Shown here piece by piece: positions 39,765 to 49,985 of a stretch of DNA of 64,000 nucleotides; the first letter of the stretch is position 1, and each line of letters opens with the position of its first letter. The position numbers and the translations under genes are program-made. The notes under the pieces were generated by a model that saw only the letters and a list, made by a program, of their open reading frames with translations, was not told the DNA's origin and ran no database searches. The stretch is from Planctomycetota bacterium (GTDB taxonomy: Bacteria > Planctomycetota > MHYJ01 > WSZJ01): contig JBBTCT010000012.1 of NCBI GenBank assembly GCA_038060895.1, positions 159,579 to 223,578 of the forward strand, written 5' to 3'.

Positions 39765-40607
39765 CTATTTTGGTGCCGGGTCCTTTTTCGGTTCTTCCAC
39801 TTTCACCCCGAAGAACTTCAGTTTCCCGCGCGCCGTCTTCGCTTCTTCCGAGTCCGGCCAGCGGGTATTCACTTTTTCCCAGCACTCGATCGCCTCCTTG
39901 CGGCGGCTCTTCTTTGAGTGCTCCGCAGCCGTCACCATCAGCTCCTTGCGCTCCTTCTCCTCGGCGATGACGCGCGCCTTTTCGGCCGCTTCCTGGATCT
40001 TAAGCGCGTCTTCCTTCGCCTTGGCCAGTCCGTCCTCGAGCTTCTTCTGCTCCTCGTCGTACGCCGCCTTGAAATCCACGTCCGCTTCGAGCTGCTTGTA
40101 CCAGTCATCGGCGCCCTTGCGCGCTTCCGTGCCCTCGAACCAGCGCCTCAGGTACACCATGTTCTGCGCAGCGACCTTGAAGTCCTTCTTCTGCGCCGCG
40201 ACCGCCATCGTGTTGTGAATGTCGTACGGCAGGCGCTCGCCGAACCCCTCGTCCTGCGGCTTGCCCTTGATCTCCATCAGCTTGTTGCCCATCGGGTCGA
40301 GAATCATCAGCCGCGGAAAACTGTCCACCCCGTACTTCTTCGCGACGTCGACCCCTTCCTTCTCCGCGTTGATGTGAACGCAGAGGTACGGCTTCAGGGC
40401 TTCCTGCACGTCCGGCCTTGGATACGTACCCGCATCCATTTTTTTGCAATAGCCTCACCAGTCCGTGTAGAAGTCGAGGTACATCAGCCGGCCTTCGAGC
40501 CCGGCTTTCACTTTCGCTTCGGCAAACGACTTCTCCCAGGCGACGCCGCCGGCGTGGGCCTGAAGAGTGGCGAGGAGGGCGACGAGGGAGAACGCGGCGA
40601 GTTTCAT
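39765..40607 (-). CDS. Exported thioredoxin-family selenoprotein (UxxC, Sec51) with helical/TPR-like tail, 280 aa
   Basis: MKLAAFSLVALL signal; AWEKSFAEA...LDFYTDW-TGA(40455-40457)-GYCKKMD in frame with ORF 39765-40439; cis-Pro SFP motif. Confidence 0.88.
40419..40438 (-). promoter_or_regulatory. Putative bacterial SECIS element
   Basis: UGGAUGCG-GGUA-CGUAUCCA 8-bp hairpin; loop GU at +26/+27 after UGA. Confidence 0.75.
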
Positions 40608-40768
40608 GGGCGGACCTCATAGGGGAGAACTGGCAGGGATCGTAGCGGAAGCAGGAGGGCCGGGCAATCGGGAGCCGGCGACAGGGTGCATGGCCGGTCT
40701 TGCCACGGAACGGCCAAGCCACAGAGCACACAGAGGTCACCGAAAAAGAGACGTTTCTCAGTCGCTCC

Positions 40769-41596
40769 TCATCCGCACCGGTCAGTCGGCGCCTGCCTCT
40801 TGAGCCTCTCCTTCAGGTGCTTGAGGTCCGCCACGATCATGAAGCTGATGATGACGAGCAGAAACCACGAGCTGACGCGCCGGAATGCGACGTGCTGCCA
40901 GCCGCCCTGCTGGTTCGGGTAGAGGTAGGCTCCGAGGTACGTCGAGATGTTCTCGGCGAGCCAGACGAAGAGGCCAATGAGGAAGAAGGACAGGGCGATC
41001 GGCATGAAGCGGCGTTTTTCCGTCACCGTGAACCAGACGCGCGCCTTCCAGAAGATGATGATGACGAGCGCCGCGAGAACCCAGCGGACGTCGGGGAGAA
41101 AGTGGCGGGTGAAGAAGTTCGCGTAGATGGCGGCCGAGAGCGGCACGCTCAGCGCGTACGGCGGGTATCCGGTCAGGTCGAGCTTCAGCAATCGCCACGC
41201 CTGGCACATGTAGCTGGCCACCGAGGCGTACATGAAACCGCTGTAGAGCGGCACAGCGCGGATCCGGAAGAATGATGCTTCGGGATAGCTCCATTCCCCG
41301 ATCCGTGGATCGGTCTTGAAAATCTCGAGCGCCAGCCCGATGACGTGGAAGACGCAGATGACCTTCAGCTCGTCGAGCGTCTCGATCCGCATGGCCACGA
41401 GCGCGATCTGAAGCGCGACCGCCGCGAGGAAGATGAAGTCGTATCGCGGCATCGACCCAAGTGGAATGTGCTTCGACGCAAACAGGATGACGAAGAAGCT
41501 CCCCGCAAACACGCACGCCCGGGCCTGTTTCAGGCCGAACCACCAGAATTCGTGAAGTGCGGCTTGGACTTCTGTTTCCCCGATCTGAACTGGCAC
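40769..41596 (-). CDS. DUF817 family membrane protein
   Basis: FGLKQARAC, RYDFI, FHVIGLALEIFKT, VPLYSGFMYASVASY, WLAENI. Confidence 0.88.
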   Translation of the reverse strand: MPVQIGETEVQAALHEFWWFGLKQARACVFAGSFFVILFASKHIPLGSMPRYDFIFLAAVALQIALVAMRIETLDELKVICVFHVIGLALEIFKTDPRIGEWSYPEASFFRIRAVPLYSGFMYASVASYMCQAWRLLKLDLTGYPPYALSVPLSAAIYANFFTRHFLPDVRWVLAALVIIIFWKARVWFTVTEKRRFMPIALSFFLIGLFVWLAENISTYLGAYLYPNQQGGWQHVAFRRVSSWFLLVIISFMIVADLKHLKERLKRQAPTDRCG

Positions 41597-41646
41597 AAGG
41601 GTATCGGCTCACTCGCGCAGGAAATTTCGCACCACCGGGGAGTCCC

Positions 41647-44600
41647 TCAAGTGCCTGCTTCGGAAGCCAGCCGTATGTAACGCAGGTTCCCCACCTGGGC
41701 GGCCAGCTCGCGAAGCCGCGTGAAAAGAAGCGCCGCATCGAGCGGCAGGCCCAGCCGCTTCGCCGCGCGGGCTGCTGCATGAAGCCGGGTGAGATTTTGT
41801 TCGCCCTGGCCGGAGGGCCCTGTCCGCGAGTTCCATTCGTCGAAGGCGGCCCGTGCGGCGGCGCGATCGGGGTCGGCCAGCGCCGTGGCGGCGAGGGCGC
41901 CGGTTATTCGATCTTCCGACCCGGACAGGCGCGCCGCGGCGAGAACCGCTCCGAGCAACGTGCCGGCGCCCTCCAACCCGGCCTCGGCCCGCTTCAGCGC
42001 CAGGTCAATCCGCGCCGCCTCCACGCTGAGCGCCCCCTCGACCTTCCCGCGTCGTTCGATCGTGTCCTCGATCAGGGCGCACGCTTCGGCACCCCGGCCA
42101 GTTTCCATGAGCCAGTCCGTGAGCACCCGGCACTGGAAGAGCCCGAGTTCGGGGGGTCGAGAGGCCCAGAACTCCTCGATCATGGCGGTGGCCTCCCGCT
42201 TCTCGTCGAGGTCGAGCAGGTTGTGCACGACCGTGCAGTACATGAGCGCGTATTCGCCCGCGGGCGTCACTCCCCGCCCGCGTTCCAGCGCCTCCCGGCC
42301 GAGCTCCAGGGCCGGACGCGGTCCCTCCAGCACGCTGGCGATGTCCGCCCGGAGGGACAGCGCATTGGCCAGGTCGGCCGAAAGCAGGACCTTTCGCCCG
42401 AGTTCCACGGCTTCGTCGGCGAGCGGAAGTGACTCCTCAGCGCGGCCCAAGTCCAGGAAAGCTCGGCCAAGCATGATCAGTGCCCCCGAGATGTCCGCGG
42501 GTAGTTTTGATTGCCGCGCGAACTCCAGGGCCTCGCGCGCCGCCGCGAGCGCCTCCGGATAACGGCCAAGCCGCAGTTCCGCGAGGGAGACATTTCCCAT
42601 GGAAGAGGCCATCTCGTGGAGATTCCCGATCTCCTTGCGGATCTCGCAAGCCCGCACCCAGGAGTCACGCGCCGCCTCGAGCCGCTTCCCCCAGAAGTGC
42701 GCGATGCCGGCATTGTTGTGGATCGTCGCCTCCTGCGAGCGGTCGCCGGCCTGCCGGGCGATCTCCAGCGCCATTCCCAGCGCCTCGAGGGCCGCCTCGG
42801 GCTGCCGGAGCCGGTTCCGGACGACGCCCATGTTCGACAGGACGATCATCTGACCGCGCCGGTCGCCCGCGAGGCGCATCGGTTCGAAGGCCGCATTGAG
42901 GCTCACGACGGCCTCCTCGTACCTCCCCTCGACCATGTTGAGAAGGCCCAGCATGTTGTCTATGCGCGACTCCAGGTCCGCGGGCATCCCGTGGTGCGCC
43001 GTGGTCCCCGCGGCGCGGCGGCGCGCCTCCATGACGTCCCGTCGGGCGTCGGCGTGCTGCAGCAGGCGGAAGCGGGCCATCGCGGTCGTCCAGAGCGCTT
43101 CCGCTTCGAGGCGCCGGTCGGGCGCGACGGAGAGGGCCTGGCCCGCGAACTCGAGGGCCTCCTGGAAGCGCCCCTCCTTTTCGCGGATTACGGCGAGGTC
43201 GAGGAAGGCGATGCAGCGGTGGGCGGCGGAAATGGCCCGGTCGTTCGAAAGGGCGGACGCCTCGGCGAACGCGTCAGCGAGGCGGGACAGGCCGTTCAGC
43301 GCGCGCACGGCCAGGAGCGTTGCGTCCGGGCCCTTGGCTTCGCGCGCGTACTCGAGCGCTTCGACCCTCGAAAGATCCGCCAGCGCGGCGAGTCCCGCGG
43401 CGATCCAGTGTGCGTCGGCCTCGGCGCGGCGTCCTGCGGCCGCGTACTGTCTCGCGGCCAGCGCGCGGACGCGGCGGCCGCCGGCATCGATGCGGGATTC
43501 CAGGTGAAGCGCCGCGGCTTCGTGAAGCCGGGCGCGTTCGCGCTTTGGGAGGAGGGCGTAAGCGGCGTCGCGAAGGAGGGCGTGCGCGAAGGAGTACTCC
43601 GTTTCCCCGGGAACGGTGGAGACGGCCTGCCGTGCGAGGAGACCTCGCCCTGCTGCGGCGGTCAGGTCCTCGGCGGCGGGGCGGCCGAGAAGCGCGTCGA
43701 GGCACCCCGTCCAGAATACGGGACCGATCGCGCCGGCCACTTTGAGCGTGGATTTTTCTGCCGTCGGGAGAGCGTCGAGGCGCGCGACGAGGAGTCCGTG
43801 GAGTCCCTGGGGGAGCTTGTCGGGGCGGGCGACCAGGCGGGCGGGAGAACCGGCGGCAAGGCCGTGGGCGTCGAGCCATCGGGAAATCTCGGCGGCGTAG
43901 AACGGGTTTCCGCCGGACTGGCTTTCCACGAACGCCGCTAGGTCCGGGGCGATCGGGCGTCCCAGCGCTTCGGCCGCGATCCGCGCGGCGGCGCCGGGCG
44001 GGAGATCGCCGAGGGGGAGGCGTTCGACGCCGACTGGCGCGGGGCCGCCGGGGCGGGCCGCGCCGACGAACACCACCGGGACGTCGCGGAGACCGGCCGC
44101 CAGCCGCCCGAGGAGTTCCGGTGTCGCGGCGTCCGCCCACTGCAGGTCCTCCAGGCACGCCACGACGGGGCCGGATCGCGCCAGGCCCCGGAAGAGCCGC
44201 TCCCACGCGGCGCCGGTGTCCGAGGCAAGGACCTCGGGATCGACGCCGCGCACTTCCTCGGCCGCGGATTCGTCCCCGACCGAAGCCAGGACGAGCGTGG
44301 CCGTGCGCCGGTCCCCCGCGACTTCCTCCGCCCAGCGCCGCGCGCCCTCGCCGGGCGGCGCCCAGCCGCGCAGGACACCGGCGAAAGGCCCGAGCGGAAA
44401 GTGCGTCCCTTCGAGCGCCCGCCCCGTGCTGACCCGGGCCGCGGGATGGGTCGAACGCACGCGCCTCCGGAACTCCGCCAGCAGCCGCGATTTCCCGGAG
44501 CCCGCTTCCCCCTCCACGATCCTCGCCGCCCCGCGTCCGGATTCCAGGAGCTGTGTCAGCGCGGCCAGCTCGGATTCGCGGCCGACCAGCGGGAGCACGG

Positions 44601-45144
44601 CGGGCTCGGAAGCGGTGTCCGACGCGTCGCGCAGGCCACGCACGACGTACACGGCTATCGGCGCTTCGCGCCCGCGCAGCTTCAGATCCTCGACGAAGTC
44701 CGTGGCGATCCGGTCGCGCGCTGCGGCGGCGACGGCGCCGGAAACGAGGATCTCTCCCCGCCCGGCCCATTCCTGAAGCCGTCGCGCGACGTTGACCGCG
44801 TCGCCGATCGCCGTCGGGCGGTCGCCGGCGACGCTTCCCCATAGAACCTCCCCCATGTTGACCCCCGCGCGACAGGCCAGGTTCTGCGACGCGATCGCTT
44901 CCCGCAGGTCGAGAGCCGCGCGCACCGCCGAGGCCGCATCGTCTCCTCGCGCGACCGGCGCGCCGAAGACCGCCATCACGGAATCGCCGATGAACTTGTC
45001 CACGGCGCCGCCATGCCGCTCGATCACGGCGCGCAGGCGGCGGAAGAGTTCGTCCACGAGGGCCGCCTGCCGCGAGGGCGGGAACTCGTCGAGCCCCTCG
45101 GCCTGTGCGAACACGATGGCGACGACGCGGCGTTCCTCGGCCAT
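41647..45144 (-). CDS. Class III nucleotide cyclase-like + AAA (STAND) ATPase + TPR protein
   Basis: DKFIGDSVMAVFGAP, GDAVNVARRLQ, LVGRESE, GEAGSGKSRL, LEDLQWAD, SGGNPFY, TPR repeats. Confidence 0.9.
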   Translation of the reverse strand: MAEERRVVAIVFAQAEGLDEFPPSRQAALVDELFRRLRAVIERHGGAVDKFIGDSVMAVFGAPVARGDDAASAVRAALDLREAIASQNLACRAGVNMGEVLWGSVAGDRPTAIGDAVNVARRLQEWAGRGEILVSGAVAAAARDRIATDFVEDLKLRGREAPIAVYVVRGLRDASDTASEPAVLPLVGRESELAALTQLLESGRGAARIVEGEAGSGKSRLLAEFRRRVRSTHPAARVSTGRALEGTHFPLGPFAGVLRGWAPPGEGARRWAEEVAGDRRTATLVLASVGDESAAEEVRGVDPEVLASDTGAAWERLFRGLARSGPVVACLEDLQWADAATPELLGRLAAGLRDVPVVFVGAARPGGPAPVGVERLPLGDLPPGAAARIAAEALGRPIAPDLAAFVESQSGGNPFYAAEISRWLDAHGLAAGSPARLVARPDKLPQGLHGLLVARLDALPTAEKSTLKVAGAIGPVFWTGCLDALLGRPAAEDLTAAAGRGLLARQAVSTVPGETEYSFAHALLRDAAYALLPKRERARLHEAAALHLESRIDAGGRRVRALAARQYAAAGRRAEADAHWIAAGLAALADLSRVEALEYAREAKGPDATLLAVRALNGLSRLADAFAEASALSNDRAISAAHRCIAFLDLAVIREKEGRFQEALEFAGQALSVAPDRRLEAEALWTTAMARFRLLQHADARRDVMEARRRAAGTTAHHGMPADLESRIDNMLGLLNMVEGRYEEAVVSLNAAFEPMRLAGDRRGQMIVLSNMGVVRNRLRQPEAALEALGMALEIARQAGDRSQEATIHNNAGIAHFWGKRLEAARDSWVRACEIRKEIGNLHEMASSMGNVSLAELRLGRYPEALAAAREALEFARQSKLPADISGALIMLGRAFLDLGRAEESLPLADEAVELGRKVLLSADLANALSLRADIASVLEGPRPALELGREALERGRGVTPAGEYALMYCTVVHNLLDLDEKREATAMIEEFWASRPPELGLFQCRVLTDWLMETGRGAEACALIEDTIERRGKVEGALSVEAARIDLALKRAEAGLEGAGTLLGAVLAAARLSGSEDRITGALAATALADPDRAAARAAFDEWNSRTGPSGQGEQNLTRLHAAARAAKRLGLPLDAALLFTRLRELAAQVGNLRYIRLASEAGT

Positions 45145-45264
45145 GGGCGCAGTCTACCGCGGGCCTGCGACCACGCAGGAGATCGTGCTCACTCTCCAGG
45201 CTCGCTGATATTCTGCTCCTTCGCCGTTCGGCGGGCAGGAAGTTGAAAGAAGGGAAACTGGGGC

Positions 45265-46365
45265 ATGCTGAAGGGCCTGAAAGTTCTCGACCTGACACGA
45301 GTCCTTGCCGGTCCGTACGGCACGATGCTGCTCGCTGATCTGGGCGCGGACGTCGTCAAGGTCGAAGATCCGGACGGAGGCGACCCGACGCGGACGATCG
45401 GAGGCGGTCCGGATTCGCCTTACTTCGTGTCTGTGAACCGGAACAAGCGGTCGATTGCCATCGACCTCAAGACCGGCGAAGGGCGCGTCCTGCTGGCGAA
45501 GCTCGCCGCGAAGGCCGATGTTCTCTGGCACAACTTCCGTCCCGATGCGGCGACGCGCCTCGGATGCGACCTGGCGATGTTTCGCGTCGCGAACCCGCGC
45601 CTCATCACCGTCGCGCTCACGTCGTTCGGGGCGACAGGACCTTACCGCGACCTCCCGGCGTTCGACCTCGTGATCCAGGCGATGTCCGGCTCCATGTCCG
45701 CCACCGGTGAACCGGGCGGCGCCCCCTGCAAGAACGGCGTCCCTACCGGCGACCTCGCCGGCGGGCTCTTCGGGGCGATCGCCACGCTCGCGGCGCTTCA
45801 TGAAATAAAAACATCGGGGAAGGGACGCGACATCGACCTGTCGCTGCTCGACTGTTCCCTCTCGATGCTCACCTACATGGCCCAGTTCACGCTCGCCGGG
45901 AATCCGCCGCCGGGTCCGATCGGCTCGGCGCACGCGTACAACGTTCCCTACGGCGCCTGGAAATGCGCGGACGGGAAGTTCGTCGCGATTGCCATCTTCA
46001 CCGACAAATTCTGGGTACCGTTCTGCGATGCCCTCTCCCTGAAGATTGCGGGCGATCACCGCTTCGCCGACATGCCCTCCCGCCGACTCAACCGCGCCGC
46101 GCTCGACGCGATCCTCGCGACGGAATTTGCGAAACACACGCGCGACTGGTGGGTCAATCACCTCTGGGAAAAGGGACTCCCGGCCGGGCCCGTCTACGAC
46201 GTCGCCGAGGCGCTCCATGACGAGCAGGTCCGCGCGCGCCACATGGTGGTGCCGCTCGGCGACGGGCGCGAGACGCTCGGGTCGCCCCTCGGCCCGATGT
46301 CGCCGAAGCCGCCGCCGGGACTCGACGCGGATCACCGAGCCGTGCTCAGCGACTGGTTGAAGTAG
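45265..46365 (+). CDS. CaiB/BaiF family CoA-transferase
   Basis: VLDLTRVLAGP, LGADVVKVE, NRNKRS, HNFRP, PTGDLAGG. Confidence 0.94.
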   Translation: MLKGLKVLDLTRVLAGPYGTMLLADLGADVVKVEDPDGGDPTRTIGGGPDSPYFVSVNRNKRSIAIDLKTGEGRVLLAKLAAKADVLWHNFRPDAATRLGCDLAMFRVANPRLITVALTSFGATGPYRDLPAFDLVIQAMSGSMSATGEPGGAPCKNGVPTGDLAGGLFGAIATLAALHEIKTSGKGRDIDLSLLDCSLSMLTYMAQFTLAGNPPPGPIGSAHAYNVPYGAWKCADGKFVAIAIFTDKFWVPFCDALSLKIAGDHRFADMPSRRLNRAALDAILATEFAKHTRDWWVNHLWEKGLPAGPVYDVAEALHDEQVRARHMVVPLGDGRETLGSPLGPMSPKPPPGLDADHRAVLSDWLK

Positions 46366-46393
46366 GCCCCGTACCTCGCGATACACTGCCAGC

Positions 46394-48466
46394 ATGCTTC
46401 GCGCCGCGCTGGCTCTCGTCGTCATGGTCTCGCTGGCCTCTGCCGAGCCGGAAGGGCAACGCATTCGCGCCCTGATTGCGCTTCTGGACTCGGAGGAGAC
46501 CGCGGAACGCGACGCGGCTGAGAAGGAACTCGAAGCAATCGGCGTTCCGGCGCTGCCGTTCCTGCGACAGGCGGTGAAGGATGGAAGTCCAGAAGTTCGG
46601 GCACGTGCCTCCGTCCTTGCCGGGTCTCTGGGCGTCCGTGAAGTCCTCCGCCGGCCCGACAACAAGTATCTGGCGGATCGCTGGTCGTACCTGGGGGATG
46701 AAGATCCGGTCCGGCGATACGGTTTTCTCAGGCATTTTTCCCAGTCTGGAAAAGCAACCGCGGCGCACGGCGACGCGCTGATTGAGATCCTCCAGCTCCC
46801 CACTTCTCAGCGGGATGCGGCCACGTCACGCGAGGCTCTTGCCTGGCTCACCTCGCCTCGGCTGATGGAATTCCTGCGGGTCGCGCCGCACCTCGGCCCC
46901 GGGAACGCCAGCGCGCTGGACTATCTTCGGAAGGTGCTCGTCGGCCGTGTCACCTGCGAAGGGGACGCGGGCCAGCTGCTGGCCGTTTTGGAAGCTCCGC
47001 CCATGGGACTGAACAACGATCCGTCTACCGTTCTGGAGGCCCTGGACTTCCTCTGCGATCAGGCTGGCCTCGCCTGGCGTCCCGACGATGCCTCGGACAC
47101 CATTCGCATCGCCACTCCCGAAGCCTGCGACGTCGGGCGTGTTGCTGAATGGAAGCGGCTTCGCGACGATCAGGTCGCGCTTTCGCAAATCGGTCTCGCG
47201 CCGCCGCCAGACGCCGCGCGGCTTTCCGCGGATGATCTGGAGAAATGGCTGGGCGAACTCGCGTCGAAGGACGCACGGCACTCCCGGGCCGCGCGCGCCC
47301 TGCTGCGCGAGGCGGAGGGCGATCTCGCCGCCGAGATTGGACGTCGCGCTGCTGTTCCCGAAGCGACGCAGGAGTTGAGGCTCCTCGCCGCCGCGATGGC
47401 GCTTCGCGTTCACGGCCGCATCGCGTTTGTTTCCGACCGCGGCGGCGACTACGGAGTCTGGACGGCGCGGCCGGACGGTTCGAGCGCAAAGCGGCTGGAT
47501 TTCAAGCTCGACAATCCGGGACCGCTCCTCGGAGGCAGTTCGGCGCGAGTGGTCTTCAAGTCCTGGGGGAAGAATTTTGCCGTCATCGCCCCGGATCGCC
47601 CTGAAGATTCGCGTCGATTCAAGTGCTGGGGGTTTGAGCGGATCGTGGCTTCGCCGGAGGTTCGCCGGATCGCCATTGACGATGGCAGCACGATCAGAAT
47701 CCTGGACGCGGGAACCGGTGAAGAGGTTGCGGCGCTCAAGCAATCGTCATTGAGCGATCTGGCATGGTCCGGCGACGGATCGACATTGGCGTGGTTAGGC
47801 CGGGGAGAGATGGAGGGTGTCCGGGCCTGGGGGGGCGATCCGGGCACAGAACGGCTGGTCACGAAAACTCTCGATTACGGTTTCGGACTCCGCTGGAGCC
47901 CGGACGGCGCTTCGCTCGCCTGGATAGAGCGTCGCTCGGAGAAAGAGCCGGACCCCGTGACCTCCTGGCAGGTCCGGTCAGTTTCCGTCGGGTCCGGAGA
48001 AACCCGATGGCTGTCCCGTCCTTGCGCGCAGCTCGGATGCCCGGCCTGGTCGCCGGACGGCGCGTCGCTGGCCTGGGTGCGAAGCGACGACCGCGATGAC
48101 GAACCGGGGCCGATCCGCCTGGACATTCTCACGATCCGGGAAAACCGCATCCGCACGCTGGATCTCGTCGATTCCGGAGCTTTCCGGGGCACGATGAGCG
48201 CCGACTGGAGTCCGGACGGCGCCTTCGTTGCGGTTCCCTTCGAGGGTCTTTCACTCTCAGTGGTGGAGGTCGCGACGGGAAAAGTAACGCCCCTGGAACC
48301 GATCCAGCCATCCGCGGTCGGTATCCGCTGGATTTGCGGCACTCACGACTTCCTCGACACACGGTCAGGCGATATCTTTCTCCGCTTCATCGACGGCTCT
48401 TCCTGGTCGATTTTCGAATCGTCAGGAACCGTCGTGTCGCCTGTGTCCCTCTTGCCTCCCCGGTAG
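46394..48466 (+). CDS. Secreted HEAT-like + TolB/PD40 beta-propeller protein
   Basis: Signal peptide, HEAT-like repeat, GRIAFVSDRGG, repeated WSPDG. Confidence 0.78.
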   Translation: MLRAALALVVMVSLASAEPEGQRIRALIALLDSEETAERDAAEKELEAIGVPALPFLRQAVKDGSPEVRARASVLAGSLGVREVLRRPDNKYLADRWSYLGDEDPVRRYGFLRHFSQSGKATAAHGDALIEILQLPTSQRDAATSREALAWLTSPRLMEFLRVAPHLGPGNASALDYLRKVLVGRVTCEGDAGQLLAVLEAPPMGLNNDPSTVLEALDFLCDQAGLAWRPDDASDTIRIATPEACDVGRVAEWKRLRDDQVALSQIGLAPPPDAARLSADDLEKWLGELASKDARHSRAARALLREAEGDLAAEIGRRAAVPEATQELRLLAAAMALRVHGRIAFVSDRGGDYGVWTARPDGSSAKRLDFKLDNPGPLLGGSSARVVFKSWGKNFAVIAPDRPEDSRRFKCWGFERIVASPEVRRIAIDDGSTIRILDAGTGEEVAALKQSSLSDLAWSGDGSTLAWLGRGEMEGVRAWGGDPGTERLVTKTLDYGFGLRWSPDGASLAWIERRSEKEPDPVTSWQVRSVSVGSGETRWLSRPCAQLGCPAWSPDGASLAWVRSDDRDDEPGPIRLDILTIRENRIRTLDLVDSGAFRGTMSADWSPDGAFVAVPFEGLSLSVVEVATGKVTPLEPIQPSAVGIRWICGTHDFLDTRSGDIFLRFIDGSSWSIFESSGTVVSPVSLLPPR

Positions 48467-48509
48467 CTCGCAGTCGCCCACCTGGTTGCGATGGCGTTCC
48501 GGCGGTCCC

Positions 48510-49781
48510 TTACACCGGCGACCCTTCCCATTTGCGAACCGTCGGCCCCGTGTAAATCTGGCGAGGACGGGCGATCCGGTTGTCGGGGTCCGCGCGCAGT
48601 TCGCGGCAGTGGGCGATCCAGCCGGGGATGCGGCCCAGCACGAACATGACGGTGAACATGTTGGTGGGAATGCCCATCGCCCGGTAAATCAGGCCCGAGT
48701 AGAAGTCGACGTTCGGGTAGAGCTTGCGTTCGATGAAGTACGAATCGGACAGCGCTGTTTCCTCGAGCTGCTTGGCGAGTTCGAGAAGCGGGTCGTCGAT
48801 GCCGAGCTTCGCGAGGATCCTGTCGGCCGCCGCCTTCAGCAGTTTCGCGCGCGGGTCAAAGCTCTTGTACACCCGGTGACCGAAACCCATCAGCTTGACG
48901 CCCTCTTCCTTGCGCTTCACTTTTTCGACGAAGCTCTTGCAGTTCCCGCCGAGCGCGCGGATCGTCCCGAGCATCTCGAGGACTTCCTCGTTCGCGCCGC
49001 CATGCCGGGGGCCCCAGAGGGCGCAGATCGCGGCCGAGAGCGAAGCGAACAGGTTTGCGCCGCTGCTGGTGACCATGCGCGCTGTCGAAGTGCTGCAGTT
49101 TTGCTCGTGGTCGGCGTGCAGGATCAAGAGCAGGTTCAGCGCCTCTTCGAGAACCGGGTCGACTTCGTACGGTTCCGCGGGAACCGCGAACATCATCCGC
49201 AGGAAATTCGCGGGCCAGCTCAGGTTGTTCTGCGGGTAGACGAACGGCTGCCCGATCGACTTCTTGTACGCGAACGCGGCGATCGTCTTCGACTTCGCCA
49301 GCAGGCGCACGATGTTCAGGTCCAGGCTCTTCTCGTCGTCGTGCCCCGGGTAGAAACTCGAAAGCGAAGCCATCATCGCCGCCATGATCGCCATCGGGTG
49401 CGCGCTCGGCGGATACCCCTCGAAGAACTTCTTCATGTCCTCGTGCAGCATCGTGTGGTGCGTCAGCGAGTCTTTCCACTTCGCATACTGCGCCGCCGTC
49501 GGACGCTCGCCGTAGACGAGGAGGTAACAGACTTCCGTGAAGCGCGCGCTGGCGGCGATCTCCTCGATCGGGTAGCCGCGGTACCTCAGGATGCCGCGGT
49601 CGCCGTCGATGAACGTGATCGCGCTCCGGCACGACCCGGTGTTCCCGAAGGCCGGGTCGAGCGTGACGAGGCCGGTCTGGTTGCGAAGCGCGGAGATATC
49701 GACTCCACGCTCGTGCTCGCTTCCTTCGACCACCGGAAATTCAAACGACTTGCCGTCGACTTCAAGCCGGGCCTTCCCCAT
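48510..49781 (-). CDS. gltA: Citrate synthase
   Basis: ILHADHEQNCST, GPRHGGANE, MGFGHRVYK, YPNVDFYSG. Confidence 0.98.
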   Translation of the reverse strand: MGKARLEVDGKSFEFPVVEGSEHERGVDISALRNQTGLVTLDPAFGNTGSCRSAITFIDGDRGILRYRGYPIEEIAASARFTEVCYLLVYGERPTAAQYAKWKDSLTHHTMLHEDMKKFFEGYPPSAHPMAIMAAMMASLSSFYPGHDDEKSLDLNIVRLLAKSKTIAAFAYKKSIGQPFVYPQNNLSWPANFLRMMFAVPAEPYEVDPVLEEALNLLLILHADHEQNCSTSTARMVTSSGANLFASLSAAICALWGPRHGGANEEVLEMLGTIRALGGNCKSFVEKVKRKEEGVKLMGFGHRVYKSFDPRAKLLKAAADRILAKLGIDDPLLELAKQLEETALSDSYFIERKLYPNVDFYSGLIYRAMGIPTNMFTVMFVLGRIPGWIAHCRELRADPDNRIARPRQIYTGPTVRKWEGSPV

Positions 49782-49985
49782 GGTGCGACTCCTGTGCGCC
49801 CGCCCCGGAGGGTGCGCGCTGTTGCCGGTGGCGCCGTCCCTGCGGACGGACGAAGGGGGAAGTTTGCCCGCGCTCGCGGGCGCAGGCCATCAATACCGTG
49901 CGCCATTTCGCCGTGCTAGCATGGGCCGCGAACTTCGGCAGGATCAGGTTTGCGGCACCGGACGCAGAACCTCGGAGGGACTGAA

